Shown: positions 12,831-26,945 of the stretch, in pieces | Numbering within the stretch: the first letter of the stretch is position 1 | How the letters are laid out: each line of letters begins with the position of its first letter | Source: Chrysomallon squamiferum | Lineage: Eukaryota > Animalia > Mollusca | Reading direction: 5' to 3' | Length of the DNA stretch: 64,000 nucleotides | Assembly: GCA_012295275.1 (NCBI GenBank) | Contig: CM022667.1 | Span: forward strand, 18,166,001-18,230,000 | Program-made: the position numbers and the translations under genes | The notes under the pieces: generated by a model | The model's database searches: none | The model's input: the letters and a program-made list of their open reading frames with translations, nothing else | Told to the model about the DNA's origin: nothing

Positions 12831-15800
12831 TTCTGTAAAATTTAGTATACCCTTTTATACACTTACAAGATATATCATATAAATGATTTACAAATTGACA
12901 GAGAATCTGAAGTCACCACCCAAAAATGCATGAAAAGATAACCTCCCTAACGTATTAGGACCACCCAATGATCTTTCAAAAGTTCATATTAAAGCAATTT
13001 ACTTTCTTTTGATGATCCATTTGAACTGATGTAAAAGTGGCTTTCGATGAAATGTGCTTAATAGAGGTCAGTGTTTTGAAAGAGGCTGACATCATGTCTG
13101 TATATAAGGAGAGACAAGAGCATATAGAATAAATGCACCAAAAATCTCTTCTTCCACTTAGAAATGACATAATAGTGCAGTAATGTGTATTTTAGATACC
13201 TTATAAATAGTTATACAGCCATTAGAGCAATAAAACATTTAAAAAAGAAACCTATGAAAAGCTTACATAAAACCACTTTAAACCCATGCTGACATGTCTT
13301 GCTTTTCCCCCACTCACTGTTCTCAATACAGCAAGTTGTTACTTACATGCTGTATGACAACCGTTTCTTTCAAAAATGAATAAAAACTGCTTCACACTGG
13401 TTAGAGGTCTGCATTGCTTGATATTCATTTTTAACACTGCAGATCCCATAAATTAGTGATTTAAAGATAATTTTAAAAACTAACATTAAAAACCAAATTC
13501 TGTGCAACATTAACTGCACTGAAAAGATCAGTTTCAAGAAATTATGAATCATTCTTGTAAGCCTGGGACTGTTTAAAATACAAGAGTTCTCTCACATCCA
13601 CCTGATTACCTTAACAGTACAAGTCAAAGTCAATGAATGGCACCCTTTATAAAACTATAACCATAACACATCAATAAAATACAGCAGGACACTGTCTTCC
13701 ATGCTAATGTCGCCCATTTAAGTGAGACAAAATTTTAGGCTCAATTATTTGAATAAAAGATTTTTAGCATTATCTTAAATGTACTGTCAGTGAAGCAGTA
13801 AGTCTAATAACCAGTTAGAGCTGTACTCCACCAAGAGGATCTACTGATATGAAAGGCTAAAGGTAAAATGGTCCATATTATGGGGGCAAATCAGTTCACT
13901 TCTGTGAGTAATGGACAGCTGGTTTTTGGACAACTGTGGTTTACTATTGTCATAAACTTCTTGTCAGATGACAGTATACACAAATAATAATGATGTCCAA
14001 TTTTCTTAATGTTTTTTTTTACAAAGAAGTCATTGTATTGGTTAAGGTAATGGACAAAATCTACAATTTTATTTTTTTCTTTGATTTCAAGAAAATACTT
14101 AATTTTTGAAAACACCATTATAAAATAAACAAAGTATAATTGTTTTTTTGTTTTTTTTATATTGTTCAGAATTAAATTATTGTTAAATAACAACAAGATG
14201 ACAACTGATTCCACAGAAACAAGAGAGCAATCAAATCAAATAATTAGTTAGTTATCATTGAAATAAGCATGGACCTTTGTGATTAACAACTGCTTCTCTT
14301 TTTCAGTCACACCCAAATCTTTCATGCTCTCTCAAACACACACACACACACACACACACTCACAAATACACACTCACACCATCTATGATATGATACAGAG
14401 CACAAGAAAAATGACTGGTAGAGTTTGCTTAGTATTAAAATATTGCTACAAATTACAGTTATTGTTTTATGAGCAAAACATTTTTAGAATTGTTTTTGTA
14501 TTGGATAAATGTCAGATTCTCACTAGCAGACACAAAAATTATCTTGGAAACTGAAGGCTTCTGTGCAAATCTTTTTTGATTAATCTATTAACAGCTCAAT
14601 CTAAGAGTGTCCAAGACAGTTATTTTTTTCTAACATTGTCTGGAAAACATAATAATTAAATATGTGTGCGAGTCTCTCTATCTATCTATATAAATACAAA
14701 GGTAATTTTTCTCATTCAGATAATAAATATAACAAATTAGTTTCAGATTCTAGTTAATATGATCAGTCTCTGGCATTCTTTTACTTCATATGCATGTACA
14801 TTTTGAATAGTGGAGGTAAATAAAAAAATAAAAATAAAATAGTTTGGAGATGGAAAAGCCAGATAAAGTGAGTGTGAATAATAACCAGTACTTGGTGAAC
14901 TGTTCCTCTATCATAATGGAACTTTCTATTCATTCATATGAAAAGTCAGGGAAGGAAACACCTGTAATAAAAACATGATCTTCATGGATCAGTTATCACC
15001 TTCCCGACATCATTAAACTGCTACACTAATTTACAATGCACTTTTTGAAACATTAATACTTATATCATAGTGTGCATTCCAAGGTCAACATTTTAATATC
15101 ATTTATGATGCTGGGTGTTCACGGTGCATTTAGTTATGTCTTTTTTATCTTTTATCATTGTATAATATATTAGTAATTTTACACTGTGTGTGATCTCTCA
15201 ACAATTTCCTGTGCATTAGTCATTTGTGTCTGTGTAGATTTCTACATCTAACTAAAACTGATCACTTTTTCTTTAACATTTAATTTGTTTTTACATTGTG
15301 TGTGTCTGTGAGGTTTTCATAACTAAAATGTCACTTTTTACTTTAATATTTAATAAGATTTAATATTATTAGGTTCTTTTCTCTTTTCTACTGTTTATCT
15401 TGCAACAGTGTATGGATTTATCATCTCCATAATCCTTATTTCAATCTTCTGACTGAACATCTATAGTTAATCTGTTCATATTCTAAAATGATCTACTTTA
15501 TTTGTACCAGTTTTCTTTAATTAAATATTAGCATCTTGAGTAATCAAGCAGCAATTAGGCAATTACAAGCAATCATCTAATAAGATTCTACAGAATATAT
15601 ATCATTTGCATATACAATATTTACATTCATTATTAAAAACACATTATTCAAATGACAATAAAAAAAAATGCATTCCTGATTTCAGAAAATATTCAAATAT
15701 TTTGATTTCTATAAAATGAAAATGTTCCAAACACGTATTTTATTTCACAATTTATGCATCACAATATATATTAAATTTTTTTAAATATTTTTAATAAAAC

Positions 15801-16401
15801 TGTAACTCTGCCTATTTTTAACTGTACAACATTATATTTCTCAAATGAACAAGTTCTAAAACACATGGTGTTTTATTTTACAAATTGTGTGTTAAACCCT
15901 GAGATTTGTTAAACAAATATAATCAATGTGGTGTCCAGTGAGGAAAAATGTTTGGTTTTTCTTACCAAAGTCTATCAAAGCAAGTTGTGAATCATAAATA
16001 AACTATTATTTATCCATGGATTATTTTAAATTGCTTTGCCCAACTGGATTACCTGTAAATCCCGATTAAACACTGCACTGGCCAGCTGACTCACACACTT
16101 AGTAAATGAACTTTGAATAAAATGGTAATATAACCATTTGCTGAACAAGTAAATCATTTAACATACAGGCCAGAAATATTTTACAACTGGTCAGCAGAGA
16201 CACATCAGAAATCAAAGGTTTACATACACCTTATGAGAACATTGATAAATAAAAGGTATTTACTCAGAAGTGAAAGTTTAAGTGGTTCTTTGATATTATC
16301 GTCTATATCTATTTGTTCAGGTTTTGTATATCTACTGAACCAGATCTGGTTGACAAATATAAAATAATCGCTCTCTGTATTCCAGGTAAATTAGCCTAGA
16401 T

Positions 16402-16572
16402 CAGTAGATTTTAACCTTTTATTTTTATGTGACCCATTTCAAATAATTTTTAAAGTTGTGGAACCTAGGTTAACTGTAGTTTCTTTTTAATCTTTTATAC
16501 TTTATAAATATATAGCTGTCACTGCTGCCCTGTATCACAAAGGGATGCCACTGTCCATGTTGTGAATCACTG
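16402..16572. mobile_element. Probable non-autonomous hAT (Charlie-like) MITE, 171 bp
   Basis: Ends CAGTAGATTTTAAC... and ...GTTGTGAATCACTG are imperfect inverted termini resembling the CAGTGGTTCTCAAC type. The 8-bp flanks GCCTAGAT (16394-16401) and GCCAAGAT (16573-16580) match 7/8 and resemble the NTCTAGAN Charlie target preference. An internal GTGACCC motif is present. Confidence 0.6.
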
Positions 16573-19500
16573 GCCAAGATTTAATTTCAGACAAGATATA
16601 GATTTGTAATTCGTATACTAGCTATAAGTTATTGGAAACACATTTAACTAATTCCTAGAAACCAAACAGTAAATTATCACATTTTGGTTTTGCAGAGAAT
16701 TCAAACATACATTTTAAAATTTATTATGACAACTGTCATGTGTAGCTGATTTCTCTCTGATTTCTTGAAATAAAGTTCATTTTACTGAAATTTTTACCTT
16801 TTATTTACAACAAATATCTAAATCTTTGGTCTCTCTAGTTCTTCATAAATTTCCACTACCACAAAGATTTATTGGAAATTTTTTTTTTTTGAACCAAGAT
16901 CAGCATACCATTTTGCATTAATTTGTGCTGGTGACATTAAAGTTCTGCTGTCACAAGAAAAAAAGAGGAAAAAAAAAATTAAAATAACATTTAAAAATTA
17001 AGCTGGCATAGTTTAATAAAACAAACAAATAGTTCATTATGTGTATTTCTCATCAAATAAACTGTTTAAAAAGACTTCAGCAGTCTATCATCAAAAATAA
17101 ATTAAATCCAAATGGAGATTATTAATATTTGATAAAAACTGTAAAAACAAGTTTAAAAGAAAATTCAAGAAAAAAAAAGAAGAAATCTTTCATACCAGAT
17201 GCTTGGAAGAGGATAAGTTTTTAAAGAAATATTTACAAAATGTCTGAAATTACACGAGCAAGTGTGTTTGTAACAAGTCAGACACTGACTCCAAGTCTCA
17301 GCTTGCTCCAAGTTACAAGAAGAATGTTTGAAATGTGCACTTATGTGAAATGATAATAAGAAGCAAGCTGCAACTGTGTAGGCTGTGCCAAAAAGAAAGA
17401 TTCTGATAACCAGGTATGCCAAATCAGTATGATTTATATTAGTATCCAATAAGATGGGTGGTGAAAATAATGGAATTTCTGCAGCATTTTCTGCAAATAT
17501 AATCTAATAACACAAGCACAATAATGTATAAAACGTGGTTATTTGTTAAGTATGTCTCTCTATGAATTCTTCAGGAGCGACATGAACATTTTATTAACAA
17601 CATCCACAGCAATAAACATTAAGATAATTGAAGAAAAATAAATATGCCTTTAACAAGTCAGATACAACTATATATAGTAATTTAATTATATTCTTCAAAA
17701 CAGCACTGTGGAAATTGAATAACTGATATTGTTAGTATAAGTGGTGTATAAGATAGATAATTACATCTTGCATTCACTTCAAAACAATGCAGCAGAAAGT
17801 GAATAATTCATCTTAACATCAGAGGTGACTTCTACACACAGCTGCCCTGTACAAAGTTACATCAGATTCCAACTATTCTGGGCTAGTAGACTGCAAGCTG
17901 ACAAACAGACAGACAGACTGCAGACTTCCTTGTTATCAGATAATGTTTTCACAGCTTACTGTTAACATGAGAAATGATGGACAGTTCTTTGAAGAGAAAG
18001 CTATTTTGTGTTAGTGCAGGAGTTGGCTATTGTGCTTAAAAGCATTTTCAGGTCTTGGATATGTAACAAAAAGTGGCACTCTTCCTTTTATCACTTGTCA
18101 AGTAAACACAGCAAAATATTGATAGTATTTTTTTTGAAATCCTTCTACACATGAAATAAATAAAATAAGATAACTTAACATTTTACTAATACTGGATCCA
18201 AAACTAAATTGGCAAATTAGATAAATTATTCAGAATTACTTATTTTATATAACAAAATAAACTTTAGCTTGATATTTTTGTTTCATTTCAAAAGATCTAT
18301 AAATTTTGGTTTATTTTAAAACTAATTAAATGCATGAATGTCATTTATTTTATAAATAATCAGTTAGACATTTATACCAACCCTCCTAGTCCAGCTAGTA
18401 CCCAAACTAATTTATCAAGAGCTGGTAATTTGATTTCCTATCAATGAAAATGTGTCGTTAAATAAGTATTTCTTTCTTTCAAAACAGAGAAATACACAAA
18501 TATGTTTCTGTTGGTTGATATATCATTTTTAATAAATTATACAGAACACACAATACTCACACATATGCTCTCTCTCTCTCTCTCGCACACGCACACAAAA
18601 CACCCACACCATACACCCATACATACATGCATCCCTGTATCATTTAATTAAACTCATTTAATTAAATGCATATTAATCTGTTTTTAGATGGAATATTTGA
18701 AGACATTTGGTTTGATGTTAATAAAAATACTAAGCTCTACATACTTGCTTTCAAGTGCAGCTGAACATGCACAGTGTATAAACAAGACTAAAGGTCATCA
18801 AGGATGAAGTAGAAAACAGAGATGATGAAGTCATCTGGCAACAGAAACACCCATGAAGTTCATCAAACAGTTTGGGTTTTTTCATTTTATTTTCAAAATT
18901 CACATCAGTTGGTTAAAAATGAAGAAATGATTTAACGATTTTCTGAACAGATTTTAACCTACAGCATATATAATGACAATAATATTGGTAAGAACATAGA
19001 GATAATGAGTGAGAAAATCTCTGAATAGTCACAATGGGCAACCAATATTTTTATTTGGTCTTTTGTTTGCACATTTCTAGATTGAGTAGAAACAACAATA
19101 GTTGATCTAGTAAGCAATCACAAACCAAACATCTAGGAATGAGCTGCAGCCTTTTGGTCATTTCTTTTATCAGTTTTTGGTTGAAAATGTCAAATTTTTT
19201 ATATAACAGGTAACTCATTCAGGTATCAACCTGTTTAATCAAAAACATGAATGTTAAATGTTTCCAAGTTCATTTGTTTTAATTCCATATTAAAACCATT
19301 TCTTTTACGTGAAACCAAAATTATTTAATTCAAATATTAGAAAAAGTTTAAAATTAACCTTTTTTCTGTCAGTGGCATCTGATTTTATATAACATATTAA
19401 CAGTTTCTTTTCAATTTGTAGCCTATAACAATAATATTATGATTATAGTCATAGGGTATTATTTAATGCAATTACATTATTGCCTTAATTTGTTTAATAC

Positions 19501-21049
19501 CTGTAAAGAAACAAAACCAAAGTCTATATTACACCCAAGACAAAATAACTTGGAACTTACAATATTTTGTTCTAAACATTCCCTTACTGGAACAGTATGA
19601 TTTGCCCAAGTTAAGAAAATAATCATAAAATATCTTTGTTCATGTAATAAAAGTTGGTTTTAACTACTGACTACAAGATAGGATGTGATAAAAACATAAA
19701 AATCATCTGACCACAAATGTTTATCTCAACTGCAGACATTTTGAAAAACAGGAAATTGCTGAGATCATTAAATAGGAATGGCATAAGCTTTTCAGACTGC
19801 ATGTGATAAATTTACCCATCAGAAGAGTTCAAAAGAAAAACACATGGCAAAAAAAGAAAAACACATGGCAATCAAGAAGACTTACAAATACTGTTAGGGT
19901 CTCAAAGAATAGGTTGAAATAATAGCTTCCTCCAGAGAGGAAATACCATGAATCAGTCAGTGTTTATCTCATGTCTAAAATTAAATCTGATGTCACACTC
20001 CATTTAACATCAGTATAGTGGGTTATAACTTTTTTTTAATAATTTAGCTGTCATTAAAAACAGAGGAATAACTTGATTACATAACTATTATATTTTGTAT
20101 TTGTGAGTTTCTAATTTACTTGTATGAAAAGAACTTTTTAACTTTAAAAGGTATAATTCTGAAATTGCCAGATATTTAAATATTAATAGTAAGAAAATGT
20201 ATGCTGATTTCTAAAATTAAGACGTTAACATAAAACCTTTAATTAAAGTTAATAATAAATGCAGTGTTTGAAACAAAGTATTTAGGAGACAAAAAAAAAA
20301 AAAAAAAAAAGGAATTCCAAAGGAAAATTGTTTTTTATTCAACTGAACATAGATTCCTTCCAGATAATAAAAAAGATAGGAAAAAAAGATAATTGGCCAA
20401 TTTTTGAACTACTATTGTTCATTCCATTCTTTAAATGGATATCTCAAATCAAAGAAGAAAACAAAAATATATATATATATATATATCTATACAGAAATTT
20501 GTGGAGTAACAATTCCATATGTTTTTAGCATGCTTTCAAACAGGTGTGTAACCTAAAAACAAAAATAATTAAATCAGCAGTGTGTCCCAATGTTTCTCTA
20601 CTTGCAGCCAGTGTTTTTGTTCTGGCATCATATCTTTAGGTATAAATAACCCTATTTATCTGATTACAGCTCGGAGGAGCTGACTGAAATCATCTTTACA
20701 AATGAAGAGATAACTGCTGATAGAAAGGAAATAATTCATCTCCTTCAAAGCGTCATTCAGTGCAAAAATAACAACAACAATAATAAAGACTTTTTTAATT
20801 TGATTTTTTAATGTAGTCTTTGCACCAGGCCCAACTTGCTGAATAGGGTGCTAATACATTTTATATTAGTTAATAACAACATGAAGCAATCACGTTTAAC
20901 TGCACCCAGTGACACTTAGAGAGTGAATAGGAGATAACCCCTATCACGTCAATTACTGAATGAACTAGTTGTAAGGTGAGATCAAAGCACAGTGTCATGA
21001 CAGAGATAGGAGGGAAATTACATGACAAATGTGCATAAAGCAGGCAGTA

Positions 21050-22130
21050 CTGATTTCCTTACTACACAATTCAATATAGCCAGCAGAACATTTATTTTTC
21101 TTATTACCACATATGGCAGAGCCATCAGAAAATTACTAGTCTAAAGTATATGATAAAGCTCCAAAAAAAAATAAAAAATATATATATATATACACAACAT
21201 AAGCACAGCCTTTACAACATTACTACAGCCTATAGCATACAATACACCATCAGAACATTACTACAGCCTAAAGCACACAATACAGCTATCAGAACATTAC
21301 TACAGCCTATAGCATACAATACACCATCAGAACATTACTACAGCCTAAAGCACACAATACACCTATTAGAACATTACTACAGCCTATAGTACACAATACA
21401 GCTATTAGAACATTTATTTTTCTACTACATACATACAGCCATCAGAACATTACTACAGCCTAAAGTGTATGTTACAGCTATTAGAACATTACTACAGCCT
21501 ACTGCATACAATACAGCTATTTGAACATTACTACAGCCTATAGCGTACAATACATCTATTAGAACTTTACTACAGCCTATAGTATACAATACAGCCATCA
21601 GAACATTAATACTGCCTATAGTATATAATACAGCAATTAGAACATTACTACAGCCTACAGCATATAATACAGCTATTAGAATATTACTGCAGCTATAGCA
21701 TATAATACAACTATTACAACACTACTATAGCCTATAGGATACCATACAGCTATTAGAACATTTATTTTTCATACCTACAACATAAGTACAGCCATCAGAA
21801 CATTACTACAGTCTAATGAATACAATACAGTTATTAGAACATTACTACAGACTAAAGCATATGGTATAACTATTAAAACATTTATGTTTATTACTGCTGC
21901 CTAAAGCATACCAGGATGTTGATTTTCTTACTGTAATATACAATACATACACCAAATATTACTATAGTCTGAAGAACTGAATGCAGCTACCAGATTATTA
22001 GTACTTCCTAAAGCATAGAATACAGATACTAAAACATTTATTTCCTTACTACAGTATACAGTTTAGACATTAGAACATTACTACTACAGTCTAAAAGCAT
22101 GTGATACAGTACCAGACCATTACTATATCT
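21050..22130. repeat. 39-bp minisatellite with a homogeneous core (about 21215-21860) and decayed flanks
   Basis: Unit cagaacattactacagcctatagcatacaatacagctat (starts at 21251 and 21290 give a period of 39), interrupted periodically by an acatttatttttc variant. Confidence 0.92.
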
Positions 22131-22641
22131 GAAAATTCAGATTATTTAACATAGTTGTGTTATGAGTCTGATAATAGTGAGACTAAAACAGAAACAACGT
22201 GCTTAATTGAGCTATTTAAAGATTTAAATCAGTGATGTTAATAACAGTTCTTCGTTTGTGATTGAGTATTATACAAAGGTTGTAATGGGTGATTGACTCT
22301 TCACAGAGATAAAATAAGAATACAGAGACATTAATCTTACTAAAGTTACTGCTAAGACATATTTTCATTCATCTTCTTAAAATATATCAGATGAAAAATG
22401 GATATTCTAGTGATACGATGATAAATGTGCACAGTCAGACAGTAAAACTGTTATAGTTTACATGTCTTGGTATTTGGTTTAAACTGCAGGTAAGTGAACA
22501 AATATTTCCTTGTTAAAATATGTTTTGATGTTGACACGCTTCACTTGACAGATTATTACCAGTCAGCAGTGACAGATGCACAATGAATTATTTTTTCAAC
22601 AATAGCTACCAATGTGAGCATTTTCAAATTATTTTTGTCAA

Positions 22642-22759
22642 TACTACTACTACTACTACTTCTACTACTACTATTAATAATAATAATAATAATAATAGTA
22701 ACAATAATAACAACAACAACCACAGTGATAATAACAGAAATAATGATGATAATAATAAT
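22642..22759. repeat. Compound (ACT)n(AAT)n(AAC)n microsatellite abutting the donor of the 64-nt exon
   Basis: Read directly from the sequence. Confidence 0.9.
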
Positions 22760-22762
22760 TAC

Positions 22763-22826
22763 CTGGTGCCTGCACATTTATCTCCCTTGAATGATGATCT
22801 TTGAGAAAAGAACATGAGAGAGAGAT
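22763..22826 (-). CDS. ADAMTS: Short upstream coding exon of the same ADAMTS gene (end of signal peptide / start of prodomain)
   Basis: Strong acceptor atttatttttattttcactttcag| and donor CAG|GTAATT. The 64 nt equal 21 codons plus 1 nt, encoding ISLSCSFLKDHHSREINVQAP(G). The final G joins the phase-1 AT of the 5849 exon to give GAT (D): ...NVQAPDFHIVIP. The intervening intron is 16,913 nt. Confidence 0.72.
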
Positions 22827-25800
22827 CTGAAAGTGAAAATAAAAATAAATAACATTATACATAAATGGAATATTAATAATAATAATGATGTTGCTGGTGG
22901 TACTGCTGATGTATAAAATAATATGAAGACCTATAAATCAGATTTTCAGAGAAAGGATATTTTTATTATTATTATTTTTTTGAACACTTTATAATCATAT
23001 TCAGGACAGAAGTAGATATTTATTTATCAAATTAAAATGCAGAAATAATTTAATTCAGCAATAAACTGTATATTGCTTCCAACATTAAATTCATCACTAT
23101 TAACAACAGGTCTAGACTTACTGATATACAATTTTATTCAACCAGTACAAGGAGCAGAATGAAGTTTTTGTCATTATAATTTTCAGCTGGGATATAGAAG
23201 TAATATATATAAATGAAGTGTGTTTGGAGCAGAGAGTAATGCTGTGACATTGTGTACTCTATTACTTGCAGCTACCTGCTGCTTTCAGGAGTCCAGCAAT
23301 GTTTTTACCAAAAACCCAGAGGTTTGATGAGGTTACCACTGTGACAGATCTGAACAACAGAAACCCAGCTAGGAGGCTAATGCTTTAAAACTGTGACATT
23401 ACTAGACTGTGCAGAAATGATTACAAATACAGGTGCATGCAAATGATGGCAACCTGAATTTATGAAAGGCAATTGTTAAAAAAAAATAAAAAAGTTGTGA
23501 ATGAAGAAGTATGAATGGAACATGCCATGCACCAGTGACAGCCGTCTGAGAAACTTTGTCAATGAACAGAGGCTTGGTGAATGATCACACTGCGTGTTTG
23601 TTGTGGCTCACAATAGACCAACAGCTTCTGTAGGTAATAATAACAACATGTAATAAACACAAAGTCAACCTTCCATGAGAAATATATTCTGTCAGCCAAT
23701 CCCAAAAGACGACATCATCACTAATAACATGTAATATTTTTTTCTGGAAATAAATTTTACAAATATTTCCAAGTTCTTAAAAAGGATTCTGTCCTGCCCA
23801 TATAAAATGAAAATAAAAAACAAATATTATCTATGGAGATAATAGCTCCATGTTTGTGGTAGTTGGGATATTGTGATACTAATAGCTGTCTCTGTCTACC
23901 ACATTTCAATATGGAGCAGCAAGGCAGTAAAGGCTTTAACTTACTTAGATTTATATTAATTTAAATTATCATTTTCTGTGTAACTTTATTACTTACGTGA
24001 CTGTTGAATTGAGCTTTATTTTTTCTGAAGTATATTTAAACATATTTTTTTTCATTTAAAATTATTTACTAAGTTGTCAGTAAACAAATATTTCTTTATT
24101 TTAAACTATTTATTAAACTTTTTTAAACACATAATCCTTTATTTGAAAATATTCACCAAAATCTAAATAATTAAATATTTACCTGAATGTTTGACATCAA
24201 ATATAAACTCACTGCTACACAGAGAGAAAATATTTAATCTCACACATATCTAACACTGCAGTATGAACTGTGAACAAACACATATTCGATGCAACTCCCA
24301 AAGTGACATTTTACACAAGAAAGGAGATTAAATGGCATGCAGTTGGTTTTGTTTAGATGTTAGGCTGCTGGGAAAACTCTTAATCTAAGGTTAAGTAGTT
24401 TTATTCAGAGTTACATATTCTCTGCCATCTTTAAAACAGGTTGAACATATGTATGTGGTCTTAATATTTTTAGACATGTTTAAATGATATTATATAAATT
24501 AATGCAGTTAAAATAATTATTATTTGATAAATAAGTTTGAATTTTAAGTTTCATTCATAAAAAATATTATAATCTAGCTTTAAAAATAATAACAAAAATA
24601 ATAATAAAATTCTTAAATTATATTATTGAAAAAAAAGAAAGTGACAGTAAAACTTTAGTTTTAAACAGCAATTCAACAAGTGTTTATCATACTGAGCCAT
24701 ATAATAGTTAGTTAACTGCAGTCTCAGTGAAATCAAGTGGATAAACATTAAGTTATTATTTTGAATACAAAGTGGCTATATAAACCATAACCACCATGTT
24801 ACTGACAATATAATTATATGCTTGTTTATTTTTAATTATATTTTTAAATATAGCTTTGTCATTATGACTGGTGTGAACACTGACCAAGAAGTAGTGTTAA
24901 GGAAAGTGGTACCAGTATTAAAGTGAATGTCCCCAAGATGATGTATTCAGTAAAATCTGTAAAGTGACAGTGTTCTCATGGAGACATGCTGTCATAAATT
25001 TTCTACTCCGGCTAAAATAAGCAGTAGGTAAGACAACTAATAATGTGTAATGTTCTTGTAAATAGTCCTTTACACTGTGTAGTCTCCATACCACACTTTA
25101 AATCATTCTTCACCACAAGGTGTCTTTTTTGTTTGTTATTTTTTGTCAGATATATTGGTGTTAGTGTGTGTTCTGAGTGTATGTTTTAGTATGAATGAAT
25201 ATATGTGTATGTATGTATATATGTATGAGTGCATGTGTCTGAATACAGAAATCATTTAAACAATAAATAGGATAAGACTATTAATTTGTATTTTGTATAC
25301 AAAAATAAATATTTAACATGAAGCATTAAAATGAAAAATGAATGGTTATCAGGTTAAAAATTGTATTAAGATTACTTCTTTTTTATATAAATGCACTGAA
25401 ATTATGACATCATTATTTTATTATGTAAACTATTCTGACTGATTAGCGGTTAAAGTATTTATATATAAAATGTTCTGTATCAAGCAAGTGTATATCAGTG
25501 TCAATGCAATATATACACACTCCTTTAAACTAACATACTTTACAGTGAAAAAGAAAACAAATGAATAAAAATATATTTTAACAAGTATTAAAGGAAAATA
25601 AAAAAGAATGTTTTTAACAACTTGTTTTTATAGTATTTATTTCACTGATTTTTTTTTAATTTAAGCATTAATGGTAACTTAAACAATTTTGTTTGTGTGT
25701 GTGTTTGTGTGAAATCTAATCTGCATTCCAAGTTAATTTAATTATTTTTGACAAGTTATTTTTGGTGTATTTTCTTTTTATATTTTACACTTTTCAGTAT

Positions 25801-26009
25801 AACTCTTTTGACTGGTGTTAATTGATTTTTTATTTTATTCAAATTTTATTTCTTTTTGATGGGAAGTTGAGAAAGGAAAGTGTTGGGAAGTCTGATACCA
25901 ATAAAAACAACAGTATAAAATCAGATTAGAAAATAATAAACATTATAAAAAATATGACAAATCTACAAAACATACCTATGTAAAACACCATCATTAAGCA
26001 TTAAAAAAG

Positions 26010-26024
<15 letters not shown>

Positions 26025-26064
<40 letters not shown>

Positions 26065-26082
26065 TAATAATAGTAATAATAA
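26025..26082. repeat. (AAT)n microsatellite
   Basis: Read directly from the sequence. Confidence 0.9.
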
Positions 26083-26234
26083 AATATAATTAAAAATAAA
26101 ATAAAAATAAAACAGATGCATTTTTTAAGTTATGTATCATATGTCAAAGATTTTACAAATTCAGTTTCAGACAAAATACTTATTCTAAAGAAGGAAACAA
26201 AAAGAAAGAAAGATAGTAAGAAAAGAAAAGAAAG

Positions 26235-26945
26235 AATAAACGACTGTTTCGAGTGCTAAAAGACGTGTACACTGTGATGATCTCTTGATAATAAAATATG
26301 AATGAGAAGTAACCACTTATGTCTATGGTGTCGGTTTCATGGAGACAGACAACACTTGGGGAACTAAAGAGTTCAGGCAGGGTGATAAAGAGCAACAATT
26401 GATTATCTGTTCCCACTGCAGTGTGTGATTGATGTTGCCTTTTGATGGCGAGATTCACCTGCAGACGAGTTTATCTTTGACTTCGCTACTCAGCTAACAG
26501 ATCGCGCATACGTTTGATGACTCACGTATCACGTCTTAACCTTTTTTCTTTCTTTTTTTAAAAAGAGTTCCGATGATGCGAGTGACACTGGATTTGCTAA
26601 GATGAAACTTCCTGTCTTTTGACTTCAAGGTTTCATGTTATAACAGGTTATCTATCATTGATGAATATATAAATAAATACAATACAAACACATGCTGACA
26701 TTGACATGCATTTTTTAACAACAAACGATGTAGGCTTGTATAAAAACACAGTAACAATTAAACTTGTTTGTAAAATATTCGTTATAATTATTGTCGTAAG
26801 CAAAACAGAAAACGTTTCAGAAGTTAATATTTTGTAAATTATTCATCATAATTGTCATAAAAAAAGTCTGAAAACGTTGTAGTGATTAATTACACTTATT
26901 TTGTAAAATATTCATTACTCTGTCATAAGAAAACGTGCGAAAAGG
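26235..26945. promoter_or_regulatory. CpG-retaining intronic patch: candidate enhancer or alternative promoter
   Basis: About 20 CpGs in about 700 bp, versus roughly 15 in the following 6 kb (counted by eye). Motifs: AP-1 TGACTCA (about 26518), E-box CACCTG (about 26456), TCF-like CTTTGA/TTTGAT and several GATAA. Confidence 0.45.

Noticed and set aside
18445-19080. Short stretches reminiscent of SINE tail/body sequence (gtgtcgttaaataa..tttctttctttc; gataatgagtgagaaaatc)
   Set aside because: Too degraded to define boundaries or family without a repeat library.
26180-26458. 92-aa minus-strand ORF as the ADAMTS signal-peptide exon
   Set aside because: It has a non-ATG start and a stop codon before any usable donor. 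The nearby ATG at about 26340 closes after five codons.
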